Positions 14,304 through 26,508 of a DNA stretch of 64,000 bases are shown here, piece after piece. This DNA is from Camelus dromedarius (Eukaryota), in contig NC_087438.1 of assembly GCF_036321535.1 (NCBI RefSeq), positions 12,340,001 to 12,404,000 of the forward strand, given 5' to 3'. Each line of letters begins with the position of its first letter. Positions within the stretch are counted from its first letter, which is position 1. The notes beneath the pieces were generated by a model. It saw nothing but the letters and a program-made list of their open reading frames with translations. It did not search any database and was not told the DNA's origin. The position numbers and the translations under genes are program-made.

Positions 14304-14921
14304 TGTATTAGGCATGGTTCTCCAGAGAGACAGAACACGTAGGATGTATATCTGTATCTATATCTATAGCTATATGTTTATCTATCTACTATCTATCTAT
14401 ATATAGAGACAAGACACCAATCTTACAAGGTGTCTTATATATGTTATATCCTAAATACCTTATATATCTTACAAGAAATTAGCTCATGCAATTATGGAGG
14501 CTTAGAAGTCCCAAAGCCTTCAGCAGGTAAGCAGAAGACCCCAGAGAGCCAATGATGTAGTCCTAGTTTGAGTCCGAAGACCTGAAAACGAGGAGAGCTG
14601 ATGTTGTAGGTCCAGTCCAAGTGCTGGCAATCTCAAGAGCCAATGTTTCAGTTCTAATCCAAAGGCAGGAGAAAACTGATGTCCCAGCTCAAAGACTGAG
14701 GCGAGAGCAATTCCCTCTTATTCGGGGTACATTTCATTCTACTCAGGCCTTCAGTGAATGGGATGAGGCCCACTCACATTAAGGAGGTTTTGTAAGTTTG
14801 CTGATTTAAATGTTAAACTCTTTCCAAAAACACCCTCACAGAAATACTCAAAACAATGTTTGACCAACCATATGAGCACCCCATTGCCCAATCAAATTGA
14901 CACATAAAATTGGCCATCACA
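14304..14921 (-). mobile_element. MLT2 (ERVL) solo LTR
   Basis: TGTATTAG..TTCTCCAGAGAGACAGAAC start, TA-rich tract, GATGAGGCCCACTCACATT, and terminal AAATTGACACATAAAATTGGCCATCACA. Confidence 0.9.
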
Positions 14922-15893
14922 CAGGTCACATGGTTCAAAGTGGAATCTTTGTTTTCTTCTCTTGATAGAACTTAGAACGTGAGACAGCTGTCTCCAACCT
15001 GGATGTACTCAGTGCCATTTGGACAGGAAGTCTATAAATGCCTGTTAGCTGCTGTCAACCAAAACCGTGTAGGTCGGTGAGATGCCTCAAGTGGCCATGA
15101 CTTTCACTGAGAATTCAAAAATGTTTCGTAAAATGTGATCTTTGGGGGCTTAGTGTCAACCTATACCACCTGGTAATATTTGTAGAACTAAATTTGTAGA
15201 ACTAAAATTATGCTGGAACAAAGCACTGACAATCTGGGGGGCTATTTTCATATCTTAAGTGTTGATTTGTTGAGCTGCTCTTGGAATCCTACACCCACCC
15301 CTTCCCACAAATATCTATGCCTTTTTGCTAAATATTGCACAACCAGCTAAATTAAAATATTTCCTCACTCTGGCCTGTGATCAGCTTGAGCTTTTGGAAT
15401 TTAATAATGGACAGTGGTTTATTTAGTTGAAAACATAAGGCAGCTGCAAGTTCATTCTATATCGCAGAATGAATAATAGCCAAATTCCTCATTCAGGCTG
15501 TGTCCTTTGAGCTGTAGGCGTTTAGTGATGATTAGGATGATGGCAATTATAATAATGGCCAACCTGTATCAATTATTGATTGAACCAAGTTGTTTTATGT
15601 TAATTACATTTTTGTCCTCATTTTGTGGAAAGGTAAACTGAGACTTAATGGATTGTAAACCTTGTTTAAGTTACACATCTAGTTTGCTGCTAAGATGCTG
15701 GTCTATTTTTAGTTACTTTTATTAATGTTGACAGTGAACCTGAATGATTTCTAACTCCAGCTGGATTTCTTTATAACTACGTTATCCATTGTACCTATAT
15801 GGACTGAATTAATCAACTACTACTTGGCTAAATTTCAAAATAACTTCTCTGTGTAGGAAAGAGGAGGGCCATTTCTTGAGGAGTCTGTGGATC

Positions 15894-16402
15894 TGTAATA
15901 GAAAAGAACAATTCTGACTTCACATTAGATCTGTTCCTTTGGCTTCAACCCTGTGCTCTGTTTCCTAGTGCTTTGCCTTACTGGCTCTGCTTCTTCTGTG
16001 AAAGAATGTTGCCTATAGCCTGAAATATACAGGAGAGCCTTTCTCAAGGCTCTGACCTTTAAGGGTATTAACACTTTTACATTCATATAAAGATAAGTTG
16101 CAGAATAGAAAATAGTATTTGTTGGAGTTTTACAGAGACACTGTGACCTGACCCACGTGGACAGCTGCAAGAACAAAGGATTCCGACACCAAGAAATTTG
16201 CAACAACCGCACCCCCTCCCCTTTTTAGTATAAAAGGAGCCTGAATTCTGACTTGGGGAAGATGGTTCTCCAGGACATTAGTCTGCCATCTTCTTGGCCC
16301 ACGAGCTTTTCAAACAAAGTCGTTATTCCTTGCACCAACACCTGGTCTCCCGATTTACTGGCCTGTCATGTGGCGAGCAGAATGATTTTGGACTCGGTAA
16401 CA
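15894..16402 (+). mobile_element. ERV1-type solo LTR, family A copy 3
   Basis: TG...CA termini with a perfect GATC TSD (15890-15893 / 16403-16406). TATAAAAG at about 16229. Confidence 0.93.
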
Positions 16403-17124
16403 GATCAATTATGAATGGAGATGATTTTTGGAAGGGTAAGGAGCTGGATTGTTCATTTAGCATATTATTTCTACATTTCTGTGTGGAAAAAATAAGTACA
16501 TTCTTCAAAGGGTAGAGAAACAGGTAAATATAGAGAAAGGGGCAGAGGTCCACTCGTCTTTGTTTTGTCAGGACACGTGCTGGTGGTACCCACGGAGCTT
16601 CAGTTTGCTTTGAGTCATTCACATGTCCTTCATCTGGTTATAGCCCTGGGAGTTGGACCAAGTGAAAAATCTCCCATCACTAGCTAAGGTGATCATTTGG
16701 TCATATTGAGATGAGACAAGCTCAGAGACAGCGGAGGGAAAAATCACCTTGAAGGAAGCCTGGGGGTCATAACATCCTGCAGGTGTGCTCCACAGTGCAT
16801 CCAAGCCCTGGGGCCTCCCAGATGCACAGCATGTGCTGAGGTCATGAAGGTCTCCTGTCAGTCACCTGTGGCTATTTATAGCCATCCACAAAACCTTTTT
16901 TTAAGGAAGAAGAAAATAAAACACACTGGACTGACCTAGGAGAAACAAATATTCCTGTTGAATGTGATGATTTTATTTTTGTATGTGTTCAGCATAAACT
17001 ATTTCAGCTTCAGAAGGAAAAATAATGTTATTCCTTGAACACCATTAGGAGGAAGGAGTAAATTGGAATCTGTAGACTAAAGCTTACACAACTGCCAAGT
17101 CCTAAGAATTGGTTCATTTATTCA

Positions 17125-17500
17125 TGGATTCATTCACTCATATTTGCAACCAGTAATTATTAAGCAAATATAAATGCCAGACACCCTGCTCACGGCTGGG
17201 GAGACCATTCAGAAGATTTCATCTCTTCCCTCATGAAGCTTATAGTAGAGGAGGGGAAAGGGAGAGTAAACAAATTTGTTTACAACAGTCAACAAATAAT
17301 TTTGTTTATACTTCTCTAGAAGGAACACGACAAGATATTACAGTGCCATAGCAACCTTATGTAGGCTAGAGCGTCTGGAAGAGCCTTCCCAGGAAGTTAC
17401 ATGTAAACTGAGGTCTGAAAAGTGAGTTGAAATTAGATAGGAAAAGGACCAGTAGGAAGAGGGATGGGTGAAGCTGTCCAGCTGGAAGGAACAGCGTGGT
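17125..17500 (-). mobile_element. L2 3' fragment
   Basis: TTCATTCACTCA...ATTATTAAGCA...ATGCCAGACAC...CCCTCATGAAGCTTATAGT. Confidence 0.65.
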
Positions 17501-17930
17501 ACCTAATTTTCCTGGAATTGGTTGGAAGTGAATTTTAGTAGCTCACCTCTGTGACTCCTTACGAAGTGCCAAGGTGTGTGCTCAGAGCTTTGTGAATGTT
17601 GTCACACTTCATCCTTTATTGTCCTTCTGGGAGATGAATATTATTACTCTCAGTTGAAGAAATAAGAGACCCAGAGAAATTAAATGACAGTAACTGGAAG
17701 AATTGGAACAAAGGTTTAAGTCCACCTGGTACTTATCACGTTTAGAAGGGAGAAAGAGAGAGGCAAGAAGGAGTAGGAGGTGGTGGGAATCCTTAATCTC
17801 AAGCCGCATTAGCGCTCTTTTCTCAGGCTCCATTCCTGGACTCAGTCCAGCCACACGTGCGGTCCATCTGTCCTGAGTCTGGGACTCCAGTAGCTGGTGT
17901 TAAATAGACTTCTGTGCTTCTCTAAAGCAC

Positions 17931-18266
17931 TGTCTTAGTCAATTTGAGCCACCATAACAGAATACTATGGATTGGGTGTCTTAAACACAGAAGTTTATTT
18001 CTCACAATTCTGAAGTCTGGGAAGTCCAAAGTCAGGGTGCCAGTATGATTGGGTCTGGTTTGCAGATGGCTGTCCTCTTGCTGTGTCCTCACGTGGTGGA
18101 GGGCAGAGAGAAAAGTAAGCTCTTGTGTTGCTCGTTATAGAAAGCATTCATCTCATCACGAAGGCTCTACCCTCAAGTTCTAATTAATCCCCAAAGGCCC
18201 CTTCCCCAGATGCCATCCCAATGGGGAGTAGAGTTTCAAGGAAACCCAAACATTCAGTCCAGAACA
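17931..18266 (-). mobile_element. MaLR LTR (MLT1A-like)
   Basis: TGTCTTAGTC...AGAAGTTTATTTCTCACAATTCTG...GGAAGTCCAA...AAACATTCAGTCCAGAACA. Confidence 0.88.
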
Positions 18267-19889
18267 ACTACCCATCTCAAACTCCTGATCTCCAATGCTG
18301 AGTCTTGCCTTTCAGGTACCGTTTCTACAGCAGTCCTTTTGGGACATCTCCACCCCCCACCTTCAAGACTGGCTTTGGTGTCTATCAGGTTTCATGGCTA
18401 AGTGGTGGCATGTGGTGATGGTCCAGAATAGTGGAGGAAGTAGATGGGAGTGCCACCACACTGATGATGTGTCTGAGTCATGGACTGATGGAAATCGAAA
18501 CTCAGTTCAGCCCTAAGACTTGAACTTTTAACTCTTGGAAGGAACAGGCTTCTGTTAAGTGGCTTCTTAAGGAGGGCACCCACCCTCCACAAAATGAGGC
18601 TTATAATATCTGAAACTGTTCATCAACTCAGGGCTCTTAAGGAGCTTGACTTTTCCAAACTATTCATTTCCCATTAGTTAGAGCAAGGGCTGGTTAAACA
18701 GAGAGATTTTTGTCCAACTGATAAAGGCTCCAACCCAGCAAGACACATGGTGGGCTGGCCCTACCATCATTTATCCAGAAAACCTTCACCCCTGTTCAAT
18801 GTTGGGGGATGAGATCCAAAAGGAAATTCCAAGAAGTGATGTTTGCTCTTGGCTATGTGTGAGCAGTGATGTTCTCAAACTAATTCCCAACTTATTTTGG
18901 TTTACCAGCCCTTTTTTGAATCTGATGAAACTTTTTCCTAGAAAAAGATTCCACACACAAAATTTTATGTATGATTTTGGGACATATAGTCCCATCCATG
19001 ACCCAGAGGTTGAGCACATTTGGTTTATACATGGCAGTGAGTAAGGATACCAGGATAGATTGATGACTGTCTCAGAAGATTCTTCTCTGACACTGGAAAA
19101 TCCAATTTGGAACAAGTCATGGTGAAAATAATTGATCAATCCATCCCTAAGGATCAAGCAGACTGAATTGATCTTCCTGTTATGCTTAATTTGGAGACTA
19201 TAGTTATGGTCTGTGGGGAAGAGTGATTTGATTTAAACGATATCCTTTAACACAATGCTCACTTGTTAACCAAGGTAGTGGAATACCTCCAGAGAACAGC
19301 GGAGAGAGAGGCCTTCAGTGGTGTGCTTAAATTACCTCCCTTCTTATGAGAACAACAGTGAGACACTTTAAAAAATTTTTACCATTGCTCAACCTGTATG
19401 AATTTAAAAACTAAAACTGAAAGAGGAAGTCTAGAAGCCTCGTCCCAACTCCTGTAATTGTTCAATCTTGACACTAAAGGGAAAGAAAAAGACCACAACA
19501 TTACCACTGGCTTTTCCCACCATCCTAAGACGGCAGTGCCCTTCATAGCAGTGGACATCAGTAGCCTGAAAAGGGCCAGCGCTGGAGCTGTCGACAGTGC
19601 CCTGTGTATTTTTATCAAAATTCTTAATTCTCTACCACCTGAGGCCTTAAGCCAGCATGGGGTGCTCGGTACGGGCCTCTCTGGGGCAGCTCGGAGTATC
19701 TGTGATTAGAAGCGTGGAGTAGAAGACAGCACTGTTCAGGACAGTCATAAAACACAAGTTAAACACGGTGATCTGCCTCTGCCTCTCCAGGAGAATTATA
19801 TCACACCCCAAACACACCCTGCCCAAAGGACTTGTCGGGAGTGGTCTGTTTTAGTACACAGACTTCTCTTTTGAAAAAAATATTGAGTG

Positions 19890-20058
19890 AAAAGTGTATT
19901 ACTGTCCTTTATGGACAGTAATATTCTGTCCTTTATGGACAGTAATAAAGGACAGAAATAGACTCACAGACAGAGAATACAGACTTGTGGTTACCAGGGG
20001 GGTGGAGGGTGGGAAGGGATAGACTGGGATTTCAAAAAAAAAAAAAAAAGTGTATTAC
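19890..20058 (+). mobile_element. Young camelid-type L1 3' UTR fragment with TSD, poly(A) and 5' filler
   Basis: Perfect 13-bp TSD AAAAGTGTATTAC (19890-19902 / 20046-20058). L1 sequence spans 19951-20037, followed by an A-tail. Confidence 0.92.
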
Positions 20059-20086
20059 ATTTAGTGGCTTTTCAAATGTCAAGGGT

Positions 20087-20087
<1 letters not shown>

Positions 20088-20122
<35 letters not shown>
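20088..20122. repeat. (TG)n microsatellite
   Basis: Directly visible. Confidence 0.95.
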
Positions 20123-20125
<3 letters not shown>

Positions 20126-20405
20126 ATGTGACAACTCGTCAACTCTGGCAGGCATTAAATTGCAAAGGAGGGTGTTAAACTGTGGTGTTTATGAGAAATC
20201 TGTGTAGACACCTAACTACCAATGATGCCAAAGCCCTGGTCCCTACCTGGGGGTCTCCAGAGTTTCTTTCTCTACCGACTTGTTTAACTCGGAGCTTGAA
20301 GAACAGAGGTGAGTAACAGTTAGGAGTGGATTCCCTGAATCAGTCACCTGGTTTGTTATGATTTCAGAAAGATTTCCATTTCTTACATCCAAGGGTGTAA
20401 ATATT

Positions 20406-20460
20406 GTGTGTGTGTGTGTGTGTGTGTTTGTTTGTTTGTTTGTTTATTTATTTATTTATA
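20406..20460. repeat. Compound (TG)n(TTTG)n(TTTA)n microsatellite
   Basis: Directly visible. Confidence 0.95.
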
Positions 20461-21203
20461 TCCTCGGTGATGGTTAGAGACTTTTTGCTTTTGACAATCA
20501 GCAGATTCTTATTCAGCTGCTTGCAGTTGGCCCTCCATGTCCCCATGTGTTGGATTTTGCATCAGCAGATTCACCAACCTTGCATCCATCCCATCCACCC
20601 GCATTCCATCAGCAGATGGACCCCACTCCCACCCCCATCAATATGAAGGGACTTGTGGTACCTACAGGGAGGTTGGGAGTGGGGGCTGGAACCAATCTCC
20701 CATGGATACTGAGGGACACCGTATGCTCCTTTTTTTTTGTCAATTGTCCCGTAACAGGGACATGACCATGTTTAGCTGAAGTTGGATGCTGAGCTCATGA
20801 AGTGGTAAGTGGACTAGAAATGACCATCTAACACCATATATTCACCAAAAGCCATTCATTGTTAACAAACTAAGGTCAATGTAAGTACAAAGTTGGCATT
20901 TTTTTAAGTTAGCGGGATTGAATGATTCCTGTGGCTAAAATTCAAGATAATTTACATACCATATTATTCACCTATTTAAAGTATACAATTTACTGGTTTT
21001 CAGTATATTCATAGGGTTGTACAACAGATCATCACAACCCAATTCTAGAACGTTTTTATCCTTCCCATAAAAGAGCCCAGTGCCTATTGACAGACCTTCC
21101 ATATCCACCTTGGGTTACCCCATCACGGTAACTATTTTCCTTGAACTTTAGTTTCTTGAATTTATTTATTAAAAGTATTAAACAGTATACACAGCATCAA
21201 CCA

Positions 21204-21530
21204 TGGCAAAGAGCAATTTTATTTAATAAAAAAATAACTTTATTCAGGAATTGCAATTCAGGACAAACAAACTATGGCAAACCACAGGCCAATCCAGAGG
21301 ACAAAGAAGAAGAGCGTTATTTTATAGAGAGAAGGAGGAAACTGAGGGTGGTGTTTTGAGTAAAAGTTCTTTGGAGGAAAATAGGAGTTTGAAGTGGTGA
21401 TGGCTTCTCATTGTGAGGACAGCCTGCTGTTGCCCCCCAGAGAGGAAATCTTCCTTCTTCCTAGAGCCGGACTATGCTTGCTTCCATGGCTTCCCCAATT
21501 TTGAGTTAGGTTTGTTTAATACATTTTCAC
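21204..21530 (-). mobile_element. ERV1-type solo LTR (partial or diverged)
   Basis: TTTATT (reverse poly(A) signal), TTTTATAG (reverse TATA), ends TTTTCACA. Confidence 0.55.
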
Positions 21531-21719
21531 AGCAGTGTGCTACAAACAGTATAAACAGCAGTACACAAACACAGGGCTGTGCTAAGTGATTGACACAGAT
21601 CGTCCATTTAACAGACATGAATTGAATGTCTATTATATGCCAGGCATTGTTCTGAGGCTTAGTATGGTCAGGAACAAAACAGACACACATTCCTGCCTGT
21701 GCGGAACATACATCCTAGT

Positions 21720-21913
21720 AGTGTCAAATTCTAGTGTTCAGCACAATTTTTCAGTCATACACGGACATATACCCACTCATTATCACATGGTTTCCTCTGT
21801 GATTCCCTGTGCTATACAGTATAATCTTGTTTATCTATTCTACAATTTTGAAATCCCGTCTATCCCTTCCCACCCTCCACCCCCCTGGCAACCACAAGTC
21901 TATATTCTATGTG
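21720..21913 (-). mobile_element. Young camelid-type L1 3' UTR fragment, no poly(A)
   Basis: Reverse complement GACTTGTGGTTGCCAGGGGGGTGGAGGGTGGGAAGGGATAGACGGGATTTCAAAATTGTAGAATAG is nearly identical to the 19951-20037 copy. Confidence 0.9.
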
Positions 21914-21984
21914 TTATCATTATTTTTGAATACTGCTACACTGGTATGAAAACTATTTGAAAGGAATTATACTTGGGATTTTTC

Positions 21985-22278
21985 TTTATTGAGATACAAT
22001 ATTTTGAGACACATAACATTATATTAGTTTCAGGTGTATAGCATAACGGTTCAACATTTGTATATATTGAAAAATGATCACCATATCTGTCCATCAGCAC
22101 ACATAGTTACATGTTTTCTTCTTGTAATGAGAACTTTTAAGATTTACTCTCTTAGCAACTTTCAAATATACGGTACAGTATTATTAACCATAGTCACCAT
22201 GATGTCCATTATATCCTCAGGAAGTATTTTAAACTGGAAGTTTGTACCTCTTGACCTCCTTTACCCATTTTGCCTCCA
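21985..22278 (-). mobile_element. Laurasiatherian L1 3' end
   Basis: GAGAACTTTTAAGATTTACTCTCTTAGCAACTTTCAAATATAC...ATTAACCATAGTCACCATG...AACTGGAAGTTTGTACC. Confidence 0.85.
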
Positions 22279-22338
22279 AATGGGATTTTCTTAAAGGGCA
22301 ATATTAAAAGGGTTTTAAGAGATAGTATTTTGACCCAG

Positions 22339-22810
22339 TGTCAACTGAAAAAAAAAAAAAAAACCCAGCCTAAAAGTTGTGAGTTATGTTTTGTTCAAGA
22401 ACCTTACTGAGGACTAAGTAAGGTGATAGCCTCTCAGATAGCTCTGAGAAACTCTTCTACCAGGTAAGGGAGGAGCCAGGATATACAGGAGTTTTTGCAG
22501 AAACAAAACAAAACATGTAGTTGAACATCAAACAATTACTGCTAATCACAAAAAATAGACACCTCAAATTAACGATGTTAGTGTGTAACGATTTCTGTGA
22601 ATGGGAAGAAGCAAGAGTCTGAACTTATTGAAATTATTCCTTAGATGTACATTTAACTGTCTAGGGCCAGTATCCTAATTTCCTCCAGCCTGAATCCCCT
22701 CTGGGTGCACCATCCGGGGCTGGTGCAGTGGCTGATGGCTTAATGGCGGGCAACATTCTTTGTTTACTGGAATGGCCAGCAACATTTTTTTTTTTTTTTT
22801 TTTGTCCACA
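22339..22810 (-). mobile_element. ERV1-type solo LTR
   Basis: TGTCAACT...GTCCACA termini with CCAG/CTAG flanks. Internal AGCCTCTCAGATAGCTCTGAG and GTAAGGGAGGAGCCAGGATATA blocks are typical of cetartiodactyl LTRs. Confidence 0.85.
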
Positions 22811-24937
22811 CTAGAAATAAGAACACTTAAATTCAGGCACTCGTTCCCCATGAGATCCTGGAAGAGAATTTGTGTGCAGAGAATAAACATGGAAAAGCAG
22901 AAGAAAGAAACACTTCATTGGTCCCTGGGGTGTGGCTCTGGGTTGTCTGGAGCTTGGCTGGACCCCACCGGAAAGCTCCTCTAAGCTGTGTGTGCCCGAA
23001 AGCCCTTGGACACAGGCTGGCTGCGGTGTGTACTCTGGCCTAAACCCCAGTCCTTGATCTTCCGGGGCTGATTTGAAGAGGAGCACTCTTGAACGCGGGT
23101 GGCTGAGAAAGGGGCAGGTGAGGTGGAAACAGAACTTTCTGCCCTGGGTGCAGTCTAGGCCTTCTTATCTATTCATTCCACAAATATGCATTGAATACTT
23201 GTTATGAGTCATCAATATAATGGCTTCTGGGGGTTTAGGAATGAACAAAGGCCTTGGCCCCCTGGAATTTATAATTGATTGGGGGAAAGACTTTAAAAAT
23301 GATTCCAGTAAAGCGCAGTGGCCCTGCTGCATAGCATAGTGGTGAAGGTGCCAAGCGTGGGAGGCAGATGTCTTGGGTTGGCCTCCCACCTGTGACCTTG
23401 GGCAACTCAACCTCTTTGTGACTCACTTTCCACAATTGTAAAATAGGGGTAATGATAATGGTATCTACCCCCCTGGGGTTGCTTAGGACAGAGTGAGTGT
23501 TCAACAATACTGCAGGAGTTTTCTCTAGTCCAGGAGAAGGAGGGTGCGTTTGCTCACAGGTGTCTTCCATGGTAGCCTCAGGGAAGGAAGAATCCACACT
23601 CACAGCACTGTCACCTGTATCCCTTTGGAAGTTCCCAGAACTTGGATGTGGGCCAATATAATTGCCTAGAATTCAACTCACCCTGATCAGCAGTCCTACT
23701 CGGGAGTCCAGTGGGTTTGCCTTTTTCCTGATTCAACCTGGACAAGGAGAGCATTCAGGATGGGAGGAGGGGCAGACAGGGGCCCTGAATTTCTCCTCCT
23801 TAGGTCAGTATCCTTTATAGGTCAGTATCCTCCTGCTTTTTGTTCTTTTTCCTGAGACCACCATAGGCTTGACAGTATTGTGATACATCAGGTTGGGTGG
23901 GGGGTCAGGTGCAAATCAGTGCTCTATCATGTAGGTATGGTCCCATGGTTCACATGGTCCCCACCCCCTCTTTCCTACTCCAGGATTTCCTCCTGAGAGG
24001 AAGGAGATTAGGGGGTTCCTTCAAAAAATACCACTTTGATGCTATCCTCAGAAGCTTCTAAAATAGAACAAGACAGGGCATTGAGTTCTTCATAAAGCCA
24101 TCCCTGATTCTAGATTAAAAATCAGCCCTCTACACCAATTCCCACATTAAATTACTTTTATTTACTCTGGCCAATCAAACCACTAGGCAAAACTAAATGA
24201 CAAACAAGCCTTATGCTATAAGAATAACTCCAGATGACAGAGCACTTGCAATGAACAAAACTGAACCATATGAATTCTCTCCCATTATCCAATGAATCTC
24301 TTATTCTCCCAGAGAATCCAAACAACCCAAAGTAAATGCATTTTCATCTTGTTGTCACTGAAAAAATTGAAGTCTGGAGAAGGAAGGAAGAAAGGAAAGA
24401 AAGAGGGAGAAAGAAAAAAAAAAAGAAAGAAATTTCTTTTTTTTCCACATGGAAATTAAAATTCCAAACCCCCTTCCTCATTTGTTGTTAAATTTTGAAG
24501 ATCATCAACCCATTACCCATTTTAAGAATTAATACATGGGGTTTGGCCAGGAGGCAGCCCAGGACCGCCAGCTCCAAACGCTTGCCCTTTTGAGCATCAA
24601 TCACCCCAGGGAGGCTGCGTATTTCCTCCTGGTCACTTTCCCCGCAGTTTTGGGGGTCAGCCACGCCCCAAGTTTGACGGTGTGCAATTCTCCTGAGGGG
24701 TGAATTCCAGTACATATAGTTCCTCTTTAGCTGTGTACATCATATTTAATGAATAATTGAGACAATTAACTACTCTAATGGTCATACTTCGGTCTTTTAA
24801 AAAATAATTTAAATGGCATTTTTTAGCACAAACGTGGGTCAAAGTTTCAGACTTATAACAACTATATATAAAAGCAGCAAATAATAAAATGAGGCACTTT
24901 TGATTTGCAAACAAATGTGAACTTGGGACTCACGGGT

Positions 24938-25028
24938 GACTTTTGCCGTTTTTTTTTTTTAATGGACATAGAGTCAGTTTACAATGTTGTGTCAGTTTCT
25001 AGTGTACAGCATAGACATTTGCAGTTTT
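24938..25028 (-). mobile_element. Very short 5'-truncated L1 3' end with TSD
   Basis: Poly(T) plus TTTACAATGTTGTGTCAGTTTCTAGTGTACAGCA, flanked by GACTTTTGCCGTTTT / GACATTTGCAGTTTT (13/15 match). Confidence 0.85.
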
Positions 25029-26047
25029 GATCAGCTCAGCAGTCAACTTATTTCTTTGTCTTATTTTGCGTGCACAATATTGAGAAAAATCCCGTCTGAT
25101 GCAGCCAAATAATAGCAAGTTATAAACATTTTAGAAACACTTCATCTTGCAGTCTCAGGATCCTCTCCATTTAAACTTAATTCAGAGATTTGGGAGGGGG
25201 GTAGCAGGAAATGTTTGTTGCAAAGTTGGATCACTAAGAATATCTTCTTGATTTGTTTTTCATTCACTCACAATTGCATAACTGACCATTAGACCATGAC
25301 TAGAATATGTGTGAACAACATGTCTGGGGCTTGCGGAGTTTTGACTGGGGGACGATGTGTTGTAGGCCTAACTCCCTTGAGCAACTCTACATGAACGGAT
25401 CGGCGTAGGCTCAAACTTTTAAATGATTTTAGCCATTTTAGATGCATACAATTTAATGGCATTGGGGACATTCACAGTGTTGTGCAACCATCACTGCTAT
25501 CCCCTACTTTGGTTTTACAAGTTATTTCTGAGAGTCTATGTCTCGCCATTTTGAAAGGGGCACATGTATACATCAAGCGTGTTAAAGTCACTGCTCATAC
25601 AATTGCCTAAGTACTAATACCTTAGCTCACATCGACCCTAGCTTTGATTAATCTCTTTAATTCAAGGTTGCTTTCCCCACATCCCTTCCTTAAGGTTAGG
25701 ATTCTTCTGGACTGTCCTTTCCTGGCAGTATTTCCAGAAGATTCAGGACCCTTGAGGATGCTGAGAATTGGAACATTCCATGTGACCAGATCCCTAGCTA
25801 GTGTCTTCAAGACTTAAATTAGCGACCTACCCTAATTTCTTTAGTTAGCATCTTACCTGTTCCCTGAGCTAATCCTAATGACCTAAAATCTCATCAACTT
25901 CTTTCTGAAGAAAACCAGAACATTCACTCCTATGACATCTCCTTTTTTCCCCCCTTTTTGTTAGAACAGAAAAAAATGGAGAGTCAACTACACTTTTCCT
26001 CTATACATGAGAAGTAATTGTTGATCAAAAGGTCCCATTTTACCAGA

Positions 26048-26229
26048 ATGATCCTCACAAGAGCCCTAGGAGAATACGTCATCTCCATTGTACTGTTGAT
26101 GAGATGGAAGCACAGAGAAGTTAAGCCATCTGTTCCAGGTCACACAGCTGGGTGAGTGCAGAGCTGGGACACAAACCCAGGCAGCCAGCTTCAGATCCCA
26201 CCCCTGACCACTGGGCCACAGAGCCTCAT
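26048..26229 (-). mobile_element. MIR (left arm of inverted pair)
   Basis: MIR core on the reverse strand: GCTGTGTGACCTGG..GCTTAACTTCTCTGTGCTTC. Confidence 0.88.
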
Positions 26230-26508
26230 ATTTAAGGACCACTTCTCTTACTGATACCATCACGAGTCCGCTCCAGAACTTCAGGGTCAGGGAGGAAATT
26301 TGTGTCACCAACAAGAAAGACACAAGTGGACCAAAAGCTAGAGGCCTGGGTTTTTGTTCTAGTACTTTCTCTATCTTCCCATGTGACTTGGACACACCCC
26401 ATAGCTCTTTGGGATCCTACTTTGTTATAAAACGAGGGTGTTACGAGTGATCACCATTGAGAACTGAATCTGTGGGCTCGGAGGACACGTGCCGTAGATG
26501 AGCTGGGG

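Noticed and set aside
12782..16402. Possible provirus bounded by two same-orientation LTRs
   Set aside because: Each LTR has its own TSD, and the interior has no PBS/gag/pol/env-like sequence that I can see.
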